This document shows positions 7,659-15,567 of a stretch of DNA of 20,477 bases, piece after piece (position 1 is the first letter of the stretch; every line of letters starts with the position of its first letter). The notes below the pieces were generated by a model. It did no database searches. It was not told the origin of the DNA and worked only from the letters and a program-made list of their open reading frames with translations. Origin of the DNA: Candidatus Hodarchaeota archaeon (lineage in GTDB: Archaea; Asgardarchaeota; Heimdallarchaeia; Hodarchaeales; Hodarchaeaceae); NCBI GenBank assembly GCA_016839815.1, contig JAEOTM010000116.1, positions 1 through 20,477 of the forward strand. The letters are read 5' to 3'. The position numbers and the translations under genes are program-made.

Positions 7659-8777
7659 ATGAAAATTAAAGATTTTTTACTTGAACGGTTTTTTGCTAAG
7701 TACGAATTTGAAATCCCCTATTTACTATGTGCATCTGATTGTGAAGCGTTTTCTATAGAAGAGATTTTACAATTAGAGAAGGGAGCTGAGGAACGGTTTA
7801 AAGCTCTCAAGCTGGGTTATACTGATTCGCAGGGAAGTCCTGAACTACGGGAAGCTATTGCCACACAATACAAAATAATCTCCGAAAAGGATGTATTAGC
7901 ATTTTCGGGAGCGGAAGAAGGGATTTTTGCTTTTATGAATGTATTATTAGATCCAGGTGACCATATTATTGTTCAGTTTCCAGCCTATCAATCTTTATTT
8001 GAAATTGCTGAAGCTATAGGATGTCAAGTTACAAAGTGGCCAATGGATCCAAAAAATAATTGGAATTTAGATTTAAATATATTAAAGTCTGCAATTAGAG
8101 AGAATACAAAAGCAATAGTCGTTAATTTTCCTCATAATCCGACAGGTTCACTTATATCCTCTCGAGATTTTCTTAAAATTGTTAATATCGCTCGAGAGTA
8201 CGGTCTTTATTTATTTTCAGATGAGGTCTATCGTTTCTTAGAATATAAAGAATCATCCCGCTTACCGCCTGCGGTTGATCTGTATGAGAAAGCAATCTCT
8301 CTAGGGGTAATGTCAAAGTCATTTGGATTGGCAGGATTAAGATTAGGATGGATAGCAACGAAAGATCAGGATCTATTAGGCAATCTTGCCAAGTTTAAAG
8401 ATTATACTACGATCTGTAACAGTATAGCAAGTGAATTCTTAGCTTCAGTTGCCTTAAGACATTCTCAAGAATTAGTTCAAAGAAACCTAGCAATTATTAA
8501 ATCTAATTTGAAGCACTTAGACGAGTTTTTTACTAAAAATTCGTATATGGAGTGGATAAAGCCTCAAGCTGGACCTATTGGGTTTCCAAAGTTAACAAAC
8601 GATATATCCTCAGAGAAATTTTGTACGGAGTTGCTGACTACGGCCGGTGTATTGCTTCTACCTAGTTCAGCATTTTTGTTTGATGATAAGCACTTCAGAA
8701 TAGGATTTGGACGGGAAAACATGCCAGAGGCCCTTTCTCAATTAGAAACTCATTTGCGAAGAATAGGTAAATTATAA
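7659..8777 (+). CDS. PLP-dependent class I/II aminotransferase (VioD/capreomycidine-synthase-like subfamily)
   Basis: LGYTDSQGSPELREAIA, NFPHNPTG, FSDEVY, PLP-lysine motif MSKSFGLAGLRLGW, FRIGFG. Confidence 0.92.
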   Translation: MKIKDFLLERFFAKYEFEIPYLLCASDCEAFSIEEILQLEKGAEERFKALKLGYTDSQGSPELREAIATQYKIISEKDVLAFSGAEEGIFAFMNVLLDPGDHIIVQFPAYQSLFEIAEAIGCQVTKWPMDPKNNWNLDLNILKSAIRENTKAIVVNFPHNPTGSLISSRDFLKIVNIAREYGLYLFSDEVYRFLEYKESSRLPPAVDLYEKAISLGVMSKSFGLAGLRLGWIATKDQDLLGNLAKFKDYTTICNSIASEFLASVALRHSQELVQRNLAIIKSNLKHLDEFFTKNSYMEWIKPQAGPIGFPKLTNDISSEKFCTELLTTAGVLLLPSSAFLFDDKHFRIGFGRENMPEALSQLETHLRRIGKL

Positions 8778-8778
8778 A

Positions 8779-11706
8779 TTATCTCCGATATTTCTTCTGC
8801 CTTTTCCAAATAAATAGCAAAGCTATTACCAGTATGAGTTCAAAGATTATGGCTGGAAGATTAATCTGCAGAGTTCTCAAAAAATCGAAAAAATCCTCGG
8901 TTTTACGTATTCTAAAAGTTAGATCTGATTCATCTTGAACGTTGAAACCTAATGGATTAGTAGCAACTACACGGATGAGGTAGGAATTGCCTTGCATTTC
9001 GGTGGCATTAATTTTCCATTTGTATCGAATTGAATTTTCTCCTTCCCATGAAATAAGATGTCTAACATCTGAGCTAATAAATATCCACGAATCTCCTTCA
9101 TTCGAGGAATAATAAATATCATAATGTAATTCTTGATTGAATGTATCATTTGCAGCAGATATTTCAATAGTATAATCATCTGTAATCCTCTCTCCACCAT
9201 TTGGTGACAAGATAACTGGAGGTATTATATGATTAGGGGATTGAGCTGGATTATCTTCATAATTCCCATCAATAGGGTCGGTTGAATTAGGAAACCAAAA
9301 ATTTTGAGAGAAAATATTGCTCAGTCCTTGATCAATACCTTGTTTCATACTTGATGAAGAGAAGAGATTATTATCTGCAAAGTCATTATTCTGAATAATA
9401 TTCGCTTCGCTGTACGAATTTAAGAATAATCCCCAATAACGATTTTCAAACAAAATGTTCTGTTCAATTACACATTCAGATGATGTAGACATGGGTAAAC
9501 CGTTTATCATGACCCCATAAACATTGTCGTGTAGAAAATTGTGAAATATGCTAATTAAATGGCATTGTTGCAGAAATATTCCAGCATGCATAAACCCATA
9601 AATGTTGTTATTCTTAATGTGACTGCGAGACGATGATACTAGGGATAATCCATTCTGATCTTCATTCTTTCCGATTAGAGTATTATTGTTGATAATAATA
9701 TTTGTACTATTTATTACTTGAATTGTTGATCTAGAATCTCTAATTACGTTATTCCTGATAATAATATTCCGAGTATGATTTAAGTATATCCCAATCTCTG
9801 CTCCAATTAATGTACAATTCTGAATAACAACATTGAGTGTTGTATTGACAATCTCAATTAATAGTGATGAAAAAGGTGAGCGCGGCGGTGGCCGTCTACT
9901 TACTATTGAAAAGCCTTCTATAATATATGGATCTCCCTCTGTTCCATTTCCTGGTAAACCTACCATATTTGCATAAGAAATAAATTCTTGGTCGCTTGGG
10001 AATTGTAGAATAACGTTTGTAAACTCTATAATTGAATACTCTTTTGTCGCATAAACATTTTGGAGGTGTGATAACCTTTCTCCATTAAAGTCATACAAAT
10101 CATACAAAGATACTTCTCGTATTTCAAAAGATAGATTGCGATATAGAGTGGAAAGAGTTGTTAAGGTAAATGGAATCGATACATTATGGAATCCTTGAGC
10201 TAGGTCGACTGAGATTTCCATATTTTCCTCAAACTGGTAATTTGTTCTACTACTGAGGTTGATAACGAGTTTGTAGAATCCTAGTTGTATTACATTTAAT
10301 TCTACAATAATAATGAGTTCATCATAATCCCCGCCCTTGATCACACTACTGTTCAGGAGATAATCAAAGAACCGACCGGTAAGAACAGCTTTAGTAGGAT
10401 TAAACTCGTTATATATATATACACGAGTAGTATATGCGTTAAAAATCTCGTATATATCTTCTCCCTCTCCATCCTCAACCAGAATTTGGATAATTGTAAA
10501 ATTGGTTGCCGTCTGGAATGAATGAATCCCTCTAATAGTAAAATTGAAAGATACATTGTAAAGACCAACAAGGTAACTTTGAGTAATTGTTTCTGTATTA
10601 GTAAAGACGTAAACGTCAGAATTTGATTTTACGTGAACAGAAATTGAATAGTTACCTGATACTGATGAGTTAACTTCTATTTGCACTATTAGTTCGTTGA
10701 AAAGTCCATCGGAATCCGTATCATTGCCAAAATCCAGATATTTTCCTGTTACAATAAGATTAGGGACGTCAAATTCAGTAAAGTGATATTCTCGAGTAGT
10801 ATAGCTAGGTGAGGTTTCATCAATTAATGCATTGTTTGAATTGTACAGTTCAATTATCTGAATATTAAAAGTAATATTGATGAGTTCATAGTATCTCACA
10901 GCTGGATTGTACAGAAGCGGAATGCTGTGTTTGCCTTCAGAAAATTCCATACTGTTATTTCCCCACTTTAGAAATGGAAAATTTTCGGAATTACTTCGCA
11001 GAAGAGCTCTTAACTTATATGTACCAGCTTTTGTGATGTTGATTTCTACAAAGATCACTAAATTGTTGAATTTATTATTTCCGTCTGTATCATTTCCGTT
11101 ATCTGCAAATAAGTGGGTAAGAAAGGCACTAGGTGGATCACAATCAGAGTAACTATATAATTCGGTTGTGTACCAATCAATGGCCTTCCAAAACACATAG
11201 GCCGCTACAGTGAGGGAGTAAATACTGACCTCTGTAATGACGTAGGTAGTATTAATTTTACGAGAATAGACATTCCTGATTGGAAAAGTGAAAGAGATAT
11301 TTTGAATTCCTGATGAGAATTCATCAAAGACTTCGTAGTACTCCAGATATTCATAGCTAGTATGATTATCCTCTAATCGTAAACGAAATTCAAAACTACC
11401 CGCCTCTAGGATATCAAATTCCGCAGTTATCTGTATAAAATTGTATAAACCATCAAGATCTGTATCAATTCCCTGATCAGAGAACACTCCCATAGCGGTA
11501 ACTAAATATGTAGTCTTGGGTGAAAGATTTGACGGAAGAGAATTATTGTGTAAGACTGTGGTGGGAGAATTTCTTTCTTCTTTTTCGTCTGAAGGAATAA
11601 TTTGATGTTCTGAATATTTATTAACTAAAGGAGCCAAAGATGTTGAAAAAAATCCAAGATTGATGAGAATTATGAGTAAGATGGCTTTTGACTGGATATT
11701 TTTCAT
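8779..11706 (-). CDS. Large membrane-anchored surface glycoprotein: four beta-rich repeats, NosD/PbH1 right-handed beta-helix, Ig-like domain, C-terminal TM
   Basis: Signal peptide; repeated G(N/I)DTDxDG..N.L motifs; GNGTEGDPYIIE followed by GIYL/NIIIRNN-type beta-helix repeats; SPNGGE Ig-like domain; TM then WKRQKKYRR; more than 25 N-x-S/T sequons. Confidence 0.88.
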   Translation of the reverse strand: MKNIQSKAILLIILINLGFFSTSLAPLVNKYSEHQIIPSDEKEERNSPTTVLHNNSLPSNLSPKTTYLVTAMGVFSDQGIDTDLDGLYNFIQITAEFDILEAGSFEFRLRLEDNHTSYEYLEYYEVFDEFSSGIQNISFTFPIRNVYSRKINTTYVITEVSIYSLTVAAYVFWKAIDWYTTELYSYSDCDPPSAFLTHLFADNGNDTDGNNKFNNLVIFVEINITKAGTYKLRALLRSNSENFPFLKWGNNSMEFSEGKHSIPLLYNPAVRYYELINITFNIQIIELYNSNNALIDETSPSYTTREYHFTEFDVPNLIVTGKYLDFGNDTDSDGLFNELIVQIEVNSSVSGNYSISVHVKSNSDVYVFTNTETITQSYLVGLYNVSFNFTIRGIHSFQTATNFTIIQILVEDGEGEDIYEIFNAYTTRVYIYNEFNPTKAVLTGRFFDYLLNSSVIKGGDYDELIIIVELNVIQLGFYKLVINLSSRTNYQFEENMEISVDLAQGFHNVSIPFTLTTLSTLYRNLSFEIREVSLYDLYDFNGERLSHLQNVYATKEYSIIEFTNVILQFPSDQEFISYANMVGLPGNGTEGDPYIIEGFSIVSRRPPPRSPFSSLLIEIVNTTLNVVIQNCTLIGAEIGIYLNHTRNIIIRNNVIRDSRSTIQVINSTNIIINNNTLIGKNEDQNGLSLVSSSRSHIKNNNIYGFMHAGIFLQQCHLISIFHNFLHDNVYGVMINGLPMSTSSECVIEQNILFENRYWGLFLNSYSEANIIQNNDFADNNLFSSSSMKQGIDQGLSNIFSQNFWFPNSTDPIDGNYEDNPAQSPNHIIPPVILSPNGGERITDDYTIEISAANDTFNQELHYDIYYSSNEGDSWIFISSDVRHLISWEGENSIRYKWKINATEMQGNSYLIRVVATNPLGFNVQDESDLTFRIRKTEDFFDFLRTLQINLPAIIFELILVIALLFIWKRQKKYRR
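10018..11490 (-). repeat. Four tandem ~123-aa protein repeats, three with DxDxDG-type motifs
   Basis: Repeat heads: GIDTDLDGLYNFI (~11472), GNDTDGNNKFNNL (~11097), GNDTDSDGLFNEL (~10728), degenerate GGDYDEL (~10336). Repeat tails: YTTELYSYSDC, YTTREYHFTEF, YTTRVYIYNEF, YATKEYSIIEF. Confidence 0.85.
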
Positions 11707-11944
11707 ACTCTATTTCTCAAAACTCGTTTTTTTGATGGAAAACTGAATAGAATTCCTAAAATAAGAGATAAAAGAAGTATAAAGAGGATAATTGTTGTAG
11801 AAGTTTTCATCTTACACACTTATCTTGCATTCTGAATAAATTAGTATTCTTATTTTACTATATTAATTGATACTTTGAAGAAAGAATGATTATAAGATAT
11901 AAATCAATCTTCGTCCCCGTCCCACGATAGGTAGTTTCAATGAT

Positions 11945-12664
11945 ATGACAATTGCCATCTCCCTTAAATTGGCTAAAGAGACGAGATTTTTTAATAAAAG
12001 CGTTGTGAATCGTGTTTACAAAGAAATCCAAACGACAGCTGATCTAATAAATGCTACAGGGGGATCAAGTGAGAAAAAAGTATATCATTCGCTTTTACCT
12101 CGTTATAGTAAAAAATCTACGGGACAAATTATTGCTGGAGGACGACATACTCCATTTCTTTATTATTTTCCTGTTTCTGACCTCACCTCCTTTGTTATTA
12201 AGCCCTATCATTCCAAAGTCAGAGAGATAGCAAATCATTATGTAGCAGTCGAAGATATTAATGCTATATACCGCAATCACAAGTTTGAATTCGGAAATAA
12301 CGAGATAAAGATAAGATTTTCTGATGTTTTTGGATTTGGTACTTTTACAGTTGAAGAAAAGGTTATTCCTTTCATTATCCAAAGGTTTAGTACTGGTACT
12401 AAGTTGACCGAAGTCAAAACGAACCAATCAGGATGTATTATAGCTTTTCTGCCAAGAATTTTCAAGTATTTGGCTAAAGAAGGTATTATTGTTGACCCCT
12501 ATAACCAGAATTGGTTCGTTCATGGATTTTCACTCGATCAACGCAGTCTAGATTGCGAACTATTGGAATATGTGGATCTTGCTTACATGCACTCCCTAGA
12601 TACCAATCATAAGGTGAAAGCAGTTTTAGAGTCGTTAAAACCATTGGACATTCAAGATTCGTAA
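11945..12664 (+). CDS. Hypothetical protein with protein-kinase-like motifs (minimal atypical kinase, RIO/Bud32-like layout)
   Basis: In kinase order: IIAGGRHT (Gly loop), FVIKP (beta3 Lys), REIAN (alphaC Glu), FIIQRFSTGTKL (hinge), GIIVDPYNQNWFV (DxxxxN catalytic loop), YVDL (DFG-equivalent). Confidence 0.65.
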   Translation: MTIAISLKLAKETRFFNKSVVNRVYKEIQTTADLINATGGSSEKKVYHSLLPRYSKKSTGQIIAGGRHTPFLYYFPVSDLTSFVIKPYHSKVREIANHYVAVEDINAIYRNHKFEFGNNEIKIRFSDVFGFGTFTVEEKVIPFIIQRFSTGTKLTEVKTNQSGCIIAFLPRIFKYLAKEGIIVDPYNQNWFVHGFSLDQRSLDCELLEYVDLAYMHSLDTNHKVKAVLESLKPLDIQDS

Positions 12665-12743
12665 GAGTAGATACAGTTATTGACTATCAAAACCAGTTTA
12701 AAGGTGTGAATAGTTCTTCTCTTCAAGAATTAGACAAGCTAGC

Positions 12744-12750
12744 TTATAAA
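12744..12750 (+). promoter_or_regulatory. Putative TATA box (TTATAAA) for the 12794 gene
   Basis: ttataaa about 44 nt upstream of ATG12794. Confidence 0.4.
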
Positions 12751-12793
12751 CAGGAACGAAATTAGGGATATTAACTAGGTTCATTGATGTGAA

Positions 12794-13402
12794 ATGACAC
12801 AAACCTACATATCCAGAACTGAAAACTCTGATGACATCTGGATTAAACGACGAGGAAGTAGGAATCGGGGAATATTTTTTGGGATTTTAGGATTCCTTTT
12901 TGAGATTATTTTTGTTTATATATGGGTTTCACTGAGATCTAGCGATCCTGAGTTACTCTACCTAATATTCACATTATACAACACTGAAGTAACTCCATTC
13001 CTATTCATATTCTTTGTCTTTGGAGCGGGTTGTTTTCTGATTACTCTTCGAGAATTCGGATGGGAAGAGTCTATTTTAATCAAGCAAAACCTTGTGCAAA
13101 ATACCCCCGGTATACGGAAACAATTTCGATTTTTCTCATGGATTCGAGCAGTAGATATTCCTAAAGAGCGAATTATCGCTCTTCGATTACATACAATCTT
13201 CATGGACCAACTAGGATTAAATAAATCCTATCATATTGAAGTAGATTACCAAGAAACAACAAATTCTCCAGTAACAACTCTTGTTTTATTCAGAGATTAC
13301 AAAGATACTCTAACTGAACCCGCAGCAAGCCTTGTAAACAAAATCCATGATATCTTAGCATTACCAGAAGAGATAGAGAAAACCGAATCAAAACCTGTCT
13401 AA
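12794..13402 (+). CDS. Hypothetical membrane protein: two TM helices plus soluble beta-rich C-terminal domain ending in a helix (PH-like?)
   Basis: TM1 GIFFGILGFLFEIIFVYIWV, TM2 PFLFIFFVFGAGCFLITL; then strands (IPKERIIALRL, YHIEVDY) and a terminal helix (AASLVNKIHDIL). Confidence 0.75.
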   Translation: MTQTYISRTENSDDIWIKRRGSRNRGIFFGILGFLFEIIFVYIWVSLRSSDPELLYLIFTLYNTEVTPFLFIFFVFGAGCFLITLREFGWEESILIKQNLVQNTPGIRKQFRFFSWIRAVDIPKERIIALRLHTIFMDQLGLNKSYHIEVDYQETTNSPVTTLVLFRDYKDTLTEPAASLVNKIHDILALPEEIEKTESKPV

Positions 13403-13420
13403 AAACAAGAAAAAAAAGGG
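13403..13420 (-). terminator. Oligo-T terminator on the minus strand for the 13442..14917 gene
   Basis: aaacaagaaaaaaaaggg on + gives a T8 run followed by a T-rich tail on -, about 25 nt past the stop. Confidence 0.55.
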
Positions 13421-13441
13421 AGAGAATAAATCTAAGTAAAC

Positions 13442-14917
13442 TTAGAAGTATTCAGACGGATCTCGCATTCCACGTCTCTTGAAATCTTTTCGGGCAAGGA
13501 CCTTAAATTCATCACGTAACTCCGCTGGGAGTCGATTGGGTTTCTTAAAACCTTCAATTGAATCTTTAGCATAAGAATAGATAAAAGATCGGAAAGCAAC
13601 CTTCATTGGCATAGTAACTACACTGTATGGCAGAGATCCGAGAAACACAAATATAACGGCAAAAACAAGACCATAAGCTAATTCCTGTGTGGCGGCAAAT
13701 CCTAAACTAAATCCAACTCCAAGCCATAGTAATGAATTGACTATTGCGAAGATAAAGGTAGTTAATCCAAACCCAGTTTCGCCAACTAGGACATCGACAA
13801 GCGCTCCCCAAGTAGTTTTGGCTGAATCTTTAATAGAATCACTGAGACCTTTTTTGTTCTGTACAATACTGACCAACGTGAAGTAATTCAAAAACATCCA
13901 GATCGCACCAAGAATTGAAATGATAATCGATGCTAATGCTGCAAAGATTAAACCACCAATAGCTGCACCTGCATTTCCTCGCCCTCGCGAGCGAGTTGCT
14001 TGTCCACGGGTAGCTCCTGTGAAAATCTGCATAATTATCTTCACAGAGGCCATAGCGAACGCAAATTTAAGGATAACTGGAAAAACTTGACGTACATCTT
14101 TCATAGCTGATCCTAGGTCAGGATCTAATCCTCGGTACCAATCACTTGCGTAAGATATTACTCCAGCCGAGAGACTATAGTAAACACCGAGATATACAAT
14201 TAAATAGAAATACTCAAAGATTATGGCAAGAATGAGTCCTGGATAGGATAACTCTGTCTCACCCATAGCATTAGTCACTTCAAACATGGAGTATATATTG
14301 AGGAATCCAAAGATCATGAAGAATCCTGTTACAATTGAATAGAGGCCCAGTATAAGTGGCATAGCAAGGACTGCTTTCTCATCAAGCACAAGTTGTGCTG
14401 AAAACTCAACAAACTTTCCACTCCGAGCAATTACTCTGAACTTCCAGATTACGAAGGCTAAGAGCAGAACTCCGAAACCAGCAATGAACATTCCCATCAT
14501 TGACGCACCTATTTGATCCTCTGGCATAAGAATTCCCCCACCAATCATAAGGACCCCAATGATTATCATTAGGACAGGGAAAAAGATGGATACAAATATT
14601 GTGACCTGCTTAGCTACTTTACTCATGATCCATAGGATAACATATGCGAGAATTAAGGTTAGAACTAAAAACACAACAATAAATACGATGAGTAGGGGTA
14701 GAAAATCCATTGTAATTGGGACTAATAGTTCGAACGCTTCAGAAAGTTGGGCTAAAACCTCTTCATTCTCGGGATCTGTAGTAAAATCAGTAATAAAACT
14801 GTAGAACGAGACTGCCCCAAAAGAGTACAAGGCAACCGCAACTAACAAATATAACCATGTGGGCGTATTTGAAAAGTTTGTTTTAATATTGGGCTTTTTA
14901 TAATTTGATACACTCAT
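13442..14917 (-). CDS. Polytopic membrane protein, choline-transporter-like (CTL/SLC44/Pns1-like; related to DUF6159)
   Basis: About 10 hydrophobic segments. CTL-like landmarks: WKFRVIARSGKFVEFSAQLV..AVLAMP, SAGVISYASDWYRG, FLNYFTLVSIVQNKKGLSDSIKDSAKTTWG, LVGETGFG. Confidence 0.6.
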   Translation of the reverse strand: MSVSNYKKPNIKTNFSNTPTWLYLLVAVALYSFGAVSFYSFITDFTTDPENEEVLAQLSEAFELLVPITMDFLPLLIVFIVVFLVLTLILAYVILWIMSKVAKQVTIFVSIFFPVLMIIIGVLMIGGGILMPEDQIGASMMGMFIAGFGVLLLAFVIWKFRVIARSGKFVEFSAQLVLDEKAVLAMPLILGLYSIVTGFFMIFGFLNIYSMFEVTNAMGETELSYPGLILAIIFEYFYLIVYLGVYYSLSAGVISYASDWYRGLDPDLGSAMKDVRQVFPVILKFAFAMASVKIIMQIFTGATRGQATRSRGRGNAGAAIGGLIFAALASIIISILGAIWMFLNYFTLVSIVQNKKGLSDSIKDSAKTTWGALVDVLVGETGFGLTTFIFAIVNSLLWLGVGFSLGFAATQELAYGLVFAVIFVFLGSLPYSVVTMPMKVAFRSFIYSYAKDSIEGFKKPNRLPAELRDEFKVLARKDFKRRGMRDPSEYF

Positions 14918-15020
14918 TTTTATTCACTAAGATACTTGACTTATTGTGAAAAAGTTGAGAAATTCATTAAACTTCTAATTTTGTTAGAAATTAATCAAGT
15001 CAATCTATGACATTTCCTTG

Positions 15021-15029
15021 TTATATAAG
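15021..15029 (-). promoter_or_regulatory. Putative TATA box (CTTATATAA) for the CTL-like gene
   Basis: ttatataag on + matches the archaeal TATA consensus on -; about 105 nt upstream of ATG14917. Confidence 0.35.
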
Positions 15030-15157
15030 TGTATTCACACGATAATTCAGAAAATGGGGCCTAAATGGCTTTCCACTATATGAAAAGCTTCTAAAAAGAA
15101 TACAAAATTAAAAGGAAATGGGCGAAGTTGGTAAACTAGTCTAAACTCGCGGTATTA

Positions 15158-15397
15158 CTATTTACTAACAATAACCATGGTTAGAGTTGATCTAACTCCT
15201 TTAGCCTGACGTATTTGATTTATAACCATATCTTTTAAATTCTTCATGGTATCGGATGAGACCTTACAGACGAGGTCATATACACCATAGACAACGTAGG
15301 CCTGATCCACCTTAATTTCTTCTTTTAAGAACCTGAGGACTTCTTCTTCCTCGCCTATCTCAGCATTGATCATTACGAACGCAGTGGGACGACTCAT
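15158..15397 (-). CDS. Stand-alone Lrp/AsnC ligand-binding (RAM) domain protein without HTH
   Basis: 79 aa: TAFVMINAEIGEEEEV..AYVVYGVYDLVCKV..IRQAKGVRSTLTMVI is the classic archaeal demi-FFRP pattern. Confidence 0.93.
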   Translation of the reverse strand: MSRPTAFVMINAEIGEEEEVLRFLKEEIKVDQAYVVYGVYDLVCKVSSDTMKNLKDMVINQIRQAKGVRSTLTMVIVSK

Positions 15398-15427
15398 GAT
15401 AAAGCGACTCTTTTTTTGGCTTATTTG

Positions 15428-15447
15428 ATTACAAACGCATTTGTAAT
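15428..15447. promoter_or_regulatory. Perfect 8-bp inverted repeat ATTACAAA-cgca-TTTGTAAT, candidate operator in the divergent promoter region
   Basis: Seen directly between the RAM gene and the 15568 operon. Confidence 0.45.
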
Positions 15448-15567
15448 TCTATGGGATTAAAAAATGTTTGTGTGCCTCTTTTTTTTTCCTCCTATAATAA
15501 TAAAAAGGAGTGAGCTGCAGCATTGTCCGTACAGATTTCGCTCTAATTTTATCTGGAGAATTTCAGA

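Noticed and set aside
7659-8777. Capreomycidine synthase (VioD) or antibiotic biosynthesis
   Set aside because: Only subfamily resemblance; no NRPS or VioC-like oxygenase nearby.
9290-9960. nosD / nitrous oxide reductase cluster
   Set aside because: A generic beta-helix inside a surface protein; no nosZ, nosF or nosY present.
11912-11926. GC-rich CGTCCC-CGTCCC-ACG mini-repeat in the AT-rich leader of the kinase-like gene
   Set aside because: Too short to support any function without comparative data.
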